A stretch of 25,733 nucleotides of DNA from a bacterium. Its GTDB lineage: Bacteria > SZUA-79 > Acidulodesulfobacterales > Acidulodesulfobacteraceae. Below are positions 7,959-16,234 of this stretch, in pieces (within the stretch, counting starts at the first letter, position 1; every line of letters starts with the position of its first letter). The notes under the pieces are model-generated. The model was not told where the DNA came from, searched no databases, and worked only from the letters and a program-made list of their open reading frames with translations. The DNA is taken from assembly GCA_021779895.1 (NCBI GenBank), contig JAJXZU010000164.1, positions 1 to 25,733 on the forward strand, written 5' to 3'. Both the position numbers and the translations under genes were made by a program.

Positions 7959-10046
7959 ATGAAGGAAACGCTAAACATGAACAAAACAAAAAAATTTAAT
8001 ATTTTTTTTCTTTTTATCATTTCGCTTATAGCGTCTTTTGTTTTTAATTCCGCATTTGCATCTGGTAAAAACGCTATCACCTTAAAAAACTCTTCCAAAT
8101 ATTACCATTACGCTTTAAAAGGAGCCGTAAGATATAAATTGGCTGCGATTAAAGGAACTCCGGTAGTTTACGGTTATAATAAAGCCGGAAAGTTCATTGG
8201 ATACATTTTTCTTTCCACAAATTTAGTCAATATCAAGAGCTACTCCGGCAAACCCCTTATATCCCTCATATCTATCGATAAAAAAGGTATAATTAAAGGG
8301 GTAAGGGTAATACACATCGACGACCCGATTTTTTTAATAGGCATTCCCGTTACAAAGCTTTACGATTTCACCGACCAATACATAGGGAAAAATATCAGAA
8401 GCCATATATATATCGGCGGCAAAGGCAAAAACCACGTATCGGCTATAGCAAGCGCCAGCGTTACGACGGTAGCGATGGACCAGACTATTTTAATGGCGGC
8501 AAGAAGGTTTGCCGCTAAAGCCGGAATTATTAAGGCAATTCCGATAGTAAAATATAAATTAAAAAATAATTACAAACCTGAAACATGGAGCGAGCTAAGG
8601 CGGAACGGAAGCATTAAAAAATATGTTATCTCATGTTCGCAAATGGGAGTAAAAAATTGTGCGGGACCCTACGAAACATTATACTACGGCATATTAAGCG
8701 TTCCCGACATAGGAAAAAACCTGCTCGGCAATTATACGTACGGCTATCTTTCGAAAAGGTGGGAAAAAAGAAACGAGACGGCCCTTTTTGTTATCGCAAA
8801 CGGAATTACGTCCTTTCTGGGTTCAGGCTTCGTAAGGGGAGGCGTGTTCGAAAGGTTTCATCTGGAACAGGGATACAGTTCTATAATATTCAGGGACTTC
8901 AACTTCAGCTATATCTCGTCGCTTAAAATAAAAAGCGCTCCTAACTTTAAAGAAGGCGGGATATTTACGGTTCCTCTTTCTAAATTTAACCCTATTCTTC
9001 CTTTTCATATAGTCTTTACTTTCCACAAGCATGTATCGCACGGTTCCATGCTGAAAAAAGAAAGCTTCGCCACCTTTTATTCAAGCTACCATTTGCCGGG
9101 AAAATACTACATCTCAAGTTATCGTTACGTAAAGAAACTCAAGCCTTACGAGAAGGCATGGATACAATATACGCCTTATGTTATTCCGCTTATCGTGTTT
9201 CTGATTCTTCTAACCGTTATTTTTATTATTAAAGATAAATTTATAGTAAAGAAAACATCGGCAAAGGGCAGGAAAGGAATAAAATGGCTTTATTATTCGG
9301 TAATGTTTTTGTTCCTCCTATTAATAGGAATTATTAAACCTTCCCAGCCTTCGATTACCCACTTATATACTATCTACGACAGCCTGTTCGTAAGCTATAA
9401 TCCGACGCTATTCCTGCTTGACCCGCTGATTTTTATTCTTTTCGTATTTATTTTTATAACGGCGATAGTGTGGGGCAGGGGTGTTTTTTGCGGCTGGGTT
9501 TGCCCGTTCGGAATTATTCAGGAATATATTCACAGGATAAAAAACCGGATTCTTCCCGAAAAGATTGCCAAAAAAATCTCTTTAGAATTCGGCAATAAAT
9601 TTCATTTTAAGTTAATTTATTTAAAATATGCTATATTTATAATATTGATGGCGACGGCTATTATTTCTATCGCATGGGGCGAGAGGCTTGCGGAAATAGA
9701 ACCGTTTAAAACCGTTTTTTACCTGCATTTCGAAAGGCAGTGGTATTTCGTATCTTATGCTATAATACTGATAGGCATATCCGCCCTGTCTTACAGGTTC
9801 TTCTGCAAGTATATGTGCCCAGTCGGGGCTTCGTTCGGGTTGCTGTCGAAATTAAAAATCTTCAGCATAAAAAGATACGAGGAGTGCAAAAGCTGTAAAA
9901 TATGCTCCCGTTCCTGCACTATAAGGGCAATAGACGATAAAGGCAAAATCAACAGGTCGGAATGCTTTTACTGCTTAGAGTGTCAAATAAATTATAACGA
10001 CGAAAAAATTTGCCCCCATTTAATAAAGCTTAAAAAAAATAGATGA
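7959..10046 (+). CDS. nosR: NosR membrane-bound Fe-S flavoprotein
   Basis: Periplasmic FMN-binding-like domain, TM helices, GRGVFCGWVCPFG and RFFCKYMCPVG motifs, C-terminal CKSCKICSRSC and CFYCLEC ferredoxin motifs. Start could be 7977. Confidence 0.92.
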   Translation: MKETLNMNKTKKFNIFFLFIISLIASFVFNSAFASGKNAITLKNSSKYYHYALKGAVRYKLAAIKGTPVVYGYNKAGKFIGYIFLSTNLVNIKSYSGKPLISLISIDKKGIIKGVRVIHIDDPIFLIGIPVTKLYDFTDQYIGKNIRSHIYIGGKGKNHVSAIASASVTTVAMDQTILMAARRFAAKAGIIKAIPIVKYKLKNNYKPETWSELRRNGSIKKYVISCSQMGVKNCAGPYETLYYGILSVPDIGKNLLGNYTYGYLSKRWEKRNETALFVIANGITSFLGSGFVRGGVFERFHLEQGYSSIIFRDFNFSYISSLKIKSAPNFKEGGIFTVPLSKFNPILPFHIVFTFHKHVSHGSMLKKESFATFYSSYHLPGKYYISSYRYVKKLKPYEKAWIQYTPYVIPLIVFLILLTVIFIIKDKFIVKKTSAKGRKGIKWLYYSVMFLFLLLIGIIKPSQPSITHLYTIYDSLFVSYNPTLFLLDPLIFILFVFIFITAIVWGRGVFCGWVCPFGIIQEYIHRIKNRILPEKIAKKISLEFGNKFHFKLIYLKYAIFIILMATAIISIAWGERLAEIEPFKTVFYLHFERQWYFVSYAIILIGISALSYRFFCKYMCPVGASFGLLSKLKIFSIKRYEECKSCKICSRSCTIRAIDDKGKINRSECFYCLECQINYNDEKICPHLIKLKKNR

Positions 10047-11371
10047 AATACAAAATTATTTTATTTTTATTAATTGCGTCTGTTTTATTTTACCCGGCTT
10101 GCGCCCTGCCTATGACCATTTACGCGGGCGGAAGCGGCACGGCTTCCGCAGCCTCTCTTCAGAAGATATTAAATCACGCCAACCCAGGCGATACGGTTAT
10201 AGTCAAAAAAGGCATATATCAGGGCAACCTCTATATAAACAAGCCGTTAATCGTTATAGGCTTAAACTATCCAACGGTAGACTGTATTGGAAAAGGCAGC
10301 GGAATAACCGTCGATGCCCCTCACGTAAAGATAAAAGGCTTTAAGATTATTAACGACGGCAATAACCTTGGCAAAATGGACGCGGGAATACTGTTAAGGC
10401 AAAAAGCGAAATTTGCGGTTATTGATAATAATCGCATTATCGGGTCTAATTCTAACGGAATCTATGTTGACGGAGCATTCTTCGCCACGGTAGAAAATAA
10501 TTTTATTTCTTCCGAAAGAAAACTTCCTTACGGCAATAGAGGCTATGGAATTTATTTATGGAACGCGCAATACGGCGTATTCGAAAAAAATTACATAACA
10601 CGTTTTATCGGCGGATTTTACGTGATTTCTTCGCCGAATACTTATCTTTTAAAAAATATTATAATCCATGATTATTACGGAACCCATTATATGTATTCTA
10701 ACCGCGACATAGTCGCCGGAAATTTCGTCAAAGACACGATAGACGGTCTTGCGCTTATGTATTCAAGGCATATATTGGCCGCCTTAAATACTATCGTTAA
10801 CGCGAAACATAAAGGTTTTTTGTTTAATCAGGTTTTTTACGATACCGTAGTTAATAACGTCGTGATAAACTGCCATAAGGGCATGGATTTGTACGACACT
10901 GTCTATAATAAAATTATACATAATCTGGTAATCCATAACAGGATAGGAATGCACATATGGGGCGGCTCTTTTCCCAATACCGTCTATAACAATTCTTTTA
11001 TAAACAACGTCTTTCAGATTAAATTCCTTGCGCATAACGACGTTTATTGGGATTATAAAAAAAAAGGCAATTACTGGTCGGATTACAACGGCTTCAGCAT
11101 GAAAAAAAACAACGTCGGGTCACTGCCTTACAGGTCGAACTCTATTTCCAGCTATATTTACTGGAAATTTCCGATTGCAAAACTCCTGTTAAGCGGCTCT
11201 CCGGTTATCCAGACGCTTCAGTTTATAGAAAACAGCTTTCCTATTTTTACCATTCCAGGAATAGTGGATAAATTTCCTTATCTGAAGCCTACTTTCCCTA
11301 AAAAAATAATAAAAAACTCTACAAAGGACGGTTTTGTTTATGTCAAAACAGGATATGATAATGGAAAATAA
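10043..11371 (+). CDS. nosD: NosD periplasmic beta-helix CuZ maturation protein
   Basis: Signal peptide, parallel beta-helix repeats, GTHYMYS and GNYWSDY motifs; 4-bp overlap with nosR. Confidence 0.95.
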   Translation: MKYKIILFLLIASVLFYPACALPMTIYAGGSGTASAASLQKILNHANPGDTVIVKKGIYQGNLYINKPLIVIGLNYPTVDCIGKGSGITVDAPHVKIKGFKIINDGNNLGKMDAGILLRQKAKFAVIDNNRIIGSNSNGIYVDGAFFATVENNFISSERKLPYGNRGYGIYLWNAQYGVFEKNYITRFIGGFYVISSPNTYLLKNIIIHDYYGTHYMYSNRDIVAGNFVKDTIDGLALMYSRHILAALNTIVNAKHKGFLFNQVFYDTVVNNVVINCHKGMDLYDTVYNKIIHNLVIHNRIGMHIWGGSFPNTVYNNSFINNVFQIKFLAHNDVYWDYKKKGNYWSDYNGFSMKKNNVGSLPYRSNSISSYIYWKFPIAKLLLSGSPVIQTLQFIENSFPIFTIPGIVDKFPYLKPTFPKKIIKNSTKDGFVYVKTGYDNGK

Positions 11372-12356
11372 CTTAAACGAAGATTCGCCGGAATCGCTTT
11401 CGGTTATAACGGCTAAAAATATCCGAAAAGACTATAATCTTAAAGGCGGTTTTATTTTTAAAGCCTTGCGCGATATAAACCTTACGGTAAAAAAAGGCGA
11501 GGTTTTTACCATCGTGGGACACAACGGGGCGGGAAAATCTACCTTGATTAAAATTATTATGGGGCTTACGAACCCGACCGAAGGCAATTTATATATTTTA
11601 AATACCGATACTACTTTTAACCTGCCGAAAAACGTTAAAGCAAAAATAGGCTACATACCCGAAACCGTAAACTTTTACGGCAACTTAACCGGAATGGAAA
11701 CGATGAAATTTTTCGGAAAACTTAACAACGTTTATAACGAAAAACTTTTTGCGGAACTTTTAGAATCCGTAGGAATACTTAAAGCGGCCGGCAAAAAGGT
11801 AATCGCCTATTCAAAGGGTATGAGGCAGAGGCTTGCCTTCGCGGTATCGCAGATAAAAAACCCCGATATATTTATATTCGACGAACCTACCAGCGGAATG
11901 GATCCTTCAGGCATTAACGAGTTTGTTTTGCTCGTTAAATCTTTGCATAGGGACGGAAAAACCATTATAATGACGTCCCATATACTCCCGGAGGTAGAAG
12001 ATATTTCCGACAGGATATGCATTATGATGAACGGGGAGGTTACCGCGCTGGGCGGAATAAACGGCTTAATCGAAAGGGCGGGGCTTACCTCGTCGATAAA
12101 CCTGCGTTTTAAAGACCGTCGCGCCGTCGAAATAACCGCTTTCGAAAATATGAAAGCCGATTCGCTTTTAATAGACTATACGGTCGACGAAATAAACCCT
12201 GAAATTAATATCGGTTTTTTTGAAAAAAATAGAATAAAACTGCTTGATAAAATCATAGACAAATACGAAAGCGAACTTGAAGACTTAAATATTAAAAAGC
12301 CGGGGCTTTTCGAAATATATAAACATTTTTCGGTAAAGAGGGAAACTAATGATTAA
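11361..12356 (+). CDS. nosF: NosF ABC ATPase
   Basis: Walker A GHNGAGKST, signature YSKGMRQR, Walker B FIFDEPTSG. Start placed at ATG 11361 (AGGA 7 nt upstream). Confidence 0.9.
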   Translation: MENNLNEDSPESLSVITAKNIRKDYNLKGGFIFKALRDINLTVKKGEVFTIVGHNGAGKSTLIKIIMGLTNPTEGNLYILNTDTTFNLPKNVKAKIGYIPETVNFYGNLTGMETMKFFGKLNNVYNEKLFAELLESVGILKAAGKKVIAYSKGMRQRLAFAVSQIKNPDIFIFDEPTSGMDPSGINEFVLLVKSLHRDGKTIIMTSHILPEVEDISDRICIMMNGEVTALGGINGLIERAGLTSSINLRFKDRRAVEITAFENMKADSLLIDYTVDEINPEINIGFFEKNRIKLLDKIIDKYESELEDLNIKKPGLFEIYKHFSVKRETND

Positions 12357-13188
12357 TTCAAGAGTAATATTAGCTATTTCAAAAAAAGAATTTATTAATA
12401 GAATTAAAAATATCAGCCTTTTCATTCTGATTTTTATCCTGGCCCTGCTGTCTTTCGCGATATCCTATTTCGGAACAAGCCCCTTCGGCTTGACAGGCTT
12501 TCACGGGATACCGGTTACAATCGCTTCGCTTATGAGCCTTTCCATTTACTTGATACCGTTAATAGCTTTTATTCTCGGCTACGATTCTATTACGGGAGAA
12601 GAAGAAGACGGAACTATGCCTCTTTTGCTATCGTCATCGGCGACGCGCAACGAAATATATCTCGGAAAATTTATCGGACTGATATTAGTAATCTCTATTG
12701 CTATTTTTGCAGGTTACGGCATATCCGGAACGGTAATCCTTTTAAAAGGAAATGCTTCCGACCTTCTAAGCTATTCCCTTTTTATCGTTTCGTCCGTTCT
12801 GCTGGGCATTTCCTTTCTTTCCGTCGCAATTTTGATTTCGAGCTTTACGAGGTCGAGAACGGCATCTATTACTATTTCGGTTTTCTTATGGTTTTTTTAT
12901 ATTTTTATATACGATTTATTATTAATCGGAATCCTCGTCGCCACGAAAGGAAAAGCCGTATTCATCAACAATACGGTTATAGGCTCGCTGCTGCTGTTTA
13001 ATCCTGCCGACGTTTACAGGCTTTTTACCATATCTTTTATCGGCGGGTTAAAGGGCTATTACGGACTTACCAGTATTTTAACCGGAAAATTTATACTGAG
13101 TCATTTTCTTTTAATTTTTATATACATTTTATGGATTTTTCTGCCTGTTTTCTTGGGAATGTTTATTTTTGCGAAAAAAAGATATTAA
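12349..13188 (+). CDS. nosY: NosY ABC permease
   Basis: About six TM segments; LIPLIA..LGYDSITGEEEDGT..LLLS motif, YLGKF, NPADVYR. Confidence 0.9.
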   Translation: MINSRVILAISKKEFINRIKNISLFILIFILALLSFAISYFGTSPFGLTGFHGIPVTIASLMSLSIYLIPLIAFILGYDSITGEEEDGTMPLLLSSSATRNEIYLGKFIGLILVISIAIFAGYGISGTVILLKGNASDLLSYSLFIVSSVLLGISFLSVAILISSFTRSRTASITISVFLWFFYIFIYDLLLIGILVATKGKAVFINNTVIGSLLLFNPADVYRLFTISFIGGLKGYYGLTSILTGKFILSHFLLIFIYILWIFLPVFLGMFIFAKKRY

Positions 13189-13225
13189 AAAAGGCTATCA
13201 AAATAAATTAAGGAGGAATAAAGGT

Positions 13226-13492
13226 ATGGCGGATATGTTTAATAATATCGAGGATATCGCAAAGAAAAAAGAACTTGCCGATATGATAGATGAAATAACC
13301 ATGATGAAAGTCGCAATTGACGACATAAAAGCGGTATATGACGTTAAAGACGAAGACCGTCTCTTAAAAAAAATTAAAAACGGCGAGATTGCCGAACATC
13401 CGGCTTACGAGGGGTATCTTTCGATACTCCATATAAGGGACTATATAGACCACTACAGGTTAAAAATCCAGAAATTTATGGACGAATTATAA
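13226..13492 (+). CDS. 88-aa acidic cytoplasmic hypothetical protein (weak resemblance to TumA-like antitoxins)
   Basis: AGGAGG at 13211-13216 then ATG 13226 (the track start at 13169 overlaps nosY and is unlikely); helical, motif IKNGEIAEHPAYEGYL; no signal peptide. Confidence 0.75.
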   Translation: MADMFNNIEDIAKKKELADMIDEITMMKVAIDDIKAVYDVKDEDRLLKKIKNGEIAEHPAYEGYLSILHIRDYIDHYRLKIQKFMDEL

Positions 13493-13522
13493 AATTTATA
13501 ATAACCTTACGGAGTATATTTT

Positions 13523-13903
13523 ATGAAACATGAAAAAGATTTGCTTGAAAAAACAAAAACAGCGGAAGAATTTGCGGTTACGCTTGCAAACGATATAAAT
13601 TCTATGTTCGGCAATGTCCTGAAATCTCCGGCGGAAGTTAAAAGCGACGGGCTCTTGCTTCAATTTAAAGACGGCTCCGGGCTGGAATTGCATTATCCCG
13701 ATAAAAAAGAGTATTCTTTTAGTTTCTTAAGAAACGATAAACTGTTCATTATTGACACCGCCCCTGTTCACGGCGAACTCGAAACGTTTCCCAATCATAT
13801 TCATAATTTCGACGGAAAATTAATAAAAGACGAAATTACAAGCATTAACAACGAACCGGTTAAAAATATCGAAAATTTCTTAAAATTCTTCGGGTATCTA
13901 TGA
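13523..13903 (+). CDS. DUF6516/TumE-like protein
   Basis: Motif IDTAPVHGELETFPNHIH matches the D.AP.H....TFP.H.H pattern I recall for DUF6516; GGAG RBS; stop overlaps the nosX start (ATGA). Confidence 0.65.
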   Translation: MKHEKDLLEKTKTAEEFAVTLANDINSMFGNVLKSPAEVKSDGLLLQFKDGSGLELHYPDKKEYSFSFLRNDKLFIIDTAPVHGELETFPNHIHNFDGKLIKDEITSINNEPVKNIENFLKFFGYL

Positions 13904-14946
13904 GAATAAAATTAATTATTTTAATTTCATTTTTATTGTCGTCAGTTTTTATTCTAAATTCGTGCGTAAAATATAAAAAGAAAACCGTTCCTAAAAAAAT
14001 AGAAATAAAAAAATCGTTTTATTCTATGGGAACTTTCTGGGAAATTAAAGTTATTTCCGCCGTTAAAAACAGGAAAAAAGACTTAAAAGCGGTAAATCTT
14101 GCGATAAAATGCGTAAAAAAATTAGACGATATACTGAGCGATTTCAAACCTTCGAGCAACGTATCTGCTATTAATAAATACTCAGGGATTAAACCGGTCA
14201 AGGCAAGCCGCTATACTTTAAGCCTTTTAAAAATGAGCCTTAAATTTCACGGGTTAACGGAAAATTCGTTTAACGCCACAATAGGGCCGGTGATGAAGAT
14301 ATGGGGGTTTTACGATAAAAAATACACAGTGCCTTCAAGGGCAGAAATTAAAAAAGCTCTTTTTCTAAGCAATATCTCGTTTATTAAAATTAATAAAAAT
14401 ACCGTATTTCTCGAAAAAAAAGGTATGATGCTCGATTTCGGAGGCGACGGCGAAGGATACGGAATAGACGAGGCTCTTTTCGTTTTAAAAAAATACGGTA
14501 TAAAAAATGCCATGATAGACGGCGGGGGACAAATAACCGCTATAGGTAAAAATTTAAAAGGAAAGAGTTGGAAAATCGGCCTGTTAAATCCCTTGAATAA
14601 AAATAAAATATTAAAGATAATAAGATTAAAAAACGAATCTATAGAAACTTCGGCAAATTACGAAAACCGGTTTTCGCATAAAGGAAAATACTACGGACAT
14701 ATTATGAACCCGGAGACCGGATATCCGGTTGACGGCAACACCTTAAGCGACACGGTCATAGTTCAAAACAGGTATTTCCGCTACCCCTCGACCGTCGCCG
14801 ACGCGCTTTCATGTTCTTTTTTTATACTGGATAAGAATCAAATATCGGCCGTAATAAAAAAACTAAACAGGCCCGTAAAGGTTATTCTTATAAAAAAGGC
14901 CGCCGGCAAATCGGGTCTTAAGATATTATATATATTCAACCGATAA
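13900..14946 (+). CDS. nosX: ApbE/NosX flavin transferase lipoprotein
   Basis: Lipobox LNSC; MGT, FNATIGP...IWGF, DFGGDGEGY..D, DGGG, ETSANYE, HIMNPETG, ADALS motifs. Confidence 0.9.
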   Translation: MRIKLIILISFLLSSVFILNSCVKYKKKTVPKKIEIKKSFYSMGTFWEIKVISAVKNRKKDLKAVNLAIKCVKKLDDILSDFKPSSNVSAINKYSGIKPVKASRYTLSLLKMSLKFHGLTENSFNATIGPVMKIWGFYDKKYTVPSRAEIKKALFLSNISFIKINKNTVFLEKKGMMLDFGGDGEGYGIDEALFVLKKYGIKNAMIDGGGQITAIGKNLKGKSWKIGLLNPLNKNKILKIIRLKNESIETSANYENRFSHKGKYYGHIMNPETGYPVDGNTLSDTVIVQNRYFRYPSTVADALSCSFFILDKNQISAVIKKLNRPVKVILIKKAAGKSGLKILYIFNR

Positions 14947-14963
14947 CAAGATAGCAACCGAAC

Positions 14964-16211
14964 TTACGCTCCGTGCGGCACATAAACGGACACGGTGTTA
15001 GTCTCGAAAGGCTTTCCTGTTTCAGGCGAAACCAAAGACATCTTAAAGTCGTGAACGCCTGGCGATAACGCACCCTTTTTTACTCCAGCGTAAAAAATAA
15101 TCCTTTCTTTTCCGTGAGGGTTTAATACCGCAAAAGTTTTTTGCCCCTCCAAAAACTGATGATTAGAAAAAACTGAACTGTTTATTTCGGGTTTTACCGC
15201 AATCTTTTTGCCGGTAAAATTAGTAGCATTTATTACGAATTTATTTAAAAAATAACCTTTTAATTTTGGAGAATTATAATTCCAATAGTGGTATAAGTTA
15301 TAATTTGCGGCGGTAAACCTGATTTTCCCTACCCTGAAAGGCGCGAGATACATTAATCCCCCTATGGCGAATAAAACTAAAACAAGAAAACCGACTTTAA
15401 AATTCATAAAAGAAAACTTGCCGTTTTCTCCCCTGAAACCGAATTTAATAAATTTTTCTGGGCAGGCATCGACGCATTTAGCGCAGTTAAAGCAAGTCCT
15501 GAAATGCGTATTTCTCGGGTCGAAACCCTGAGGACATACGTCTTTGCAATCCGAACAGGTTTTGCATGCCGTCCCGGAAGGCTTATAACTTATGCCTATT
15601 GAATTTTCGTCCGACAGGGACGACTGCGTATAGCCGTATAGGCAGTAATCGCACATCTTTGGCCTTAATACGGTTAAATCCATTATAAACAGCGGAAACA
15701 CTACAAGCAGGGGATATACAAGGTTTTGAAAATTATACGAAGAAAAAGAATTAAAATTAATAAAATACGAAGAAACGGAGTAAGTTAAAGCGGCTGATAA
15801 AATTACTATAAACGAATAAACCGCTGTTTTTTCGGGAAAGCCGCGCTTTACTTTCGGTTTACCGCCGTTGACGGCTTTTTTATCGAATGTTTTTTTTATT
15901 CTATTTATAACGTAATCCCTGAACTCGTAAATCGTGAGCTGAGGGCAGAAAAAACCGCACCAGACCCTTCCGAACAAAAGATATATCAAGTAGCCGGCCA
16001 CGACAAGAAACGATAAAAAAAGCGTAACTTCGTAAACCGATACCGAATTTAAATATATTTGATGATGTAAAACGAATATCGAATCCGTTTTTTTGTCTAA
16101 CCGTATAAATCCTAAAACCGGAGTTAAAAATAATAAAAAGATTATTAAAATTTGGGTAAATCTTCTTAAAATCAGAAGTCCGGTAATTTTTGAATCTTTA
16201 ATTCTTTCCAT
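14964..16211 (-). CDS. ccoG: CcoG/FixG/RdxA-like 4Fe-4S membrane protein, paralog 2
   Basis: FGRVWCGFFCPQ, variant RPKMCDYCLYG, CKTCSDCKDVCP, CFNCAKCVDACP, C-terminal Ig-like domain. Confidence 0.72.
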   Translation of the reverse strand: MERIKDSKITGLLILRRFTQILIIFLLFLTPVLGFIRLDKKTDSIFVLHHQIYLNSVSVYEVTLFLSFLVVAGYLIYLLFGRVWCGFFCPQLTIYEFRDYVINRIKKTFDKKAVNGGKPKVKRGFPEKTAVYSFIVILSAALTYSVSSYFINFNSFSSYNFQNLVYPLLVVFPLFIMDLTVLRPKMCDYCLYGYTQSSLSDENSIGISYKPSGTACKTCSDCKDVCPQGFDPRNTHFRTCFNCAKCVDACPEKFIKFGFRGENGKFSFMNFKVGFLVLVLFAIGGLMYLAPFRVGKIRFTAANYNLYHYWNYNSPKLKGYFLNKFVINATNFTGKKIAVKPEINSSVFSNHQFLEGQKTFAVLNPHGKERIIFYAGVKKGALSPGVHDFKMSLVSPETGKPFETNTVSVYVPHGA

Positions 16212-16234
16212 TTTGCACCTTCTTGTTTGGGATA

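Noticed and set aside
5144-10046. Higher GC in nosZ than in nosL/nosR (spot checks of single 60-nt lines: 29/60 versus 19/60) as a sign of separate horizontal origin
   Set aside because: The samples are tiny, and the difference is explained by amino-acid composition and expression-linked codon bias.
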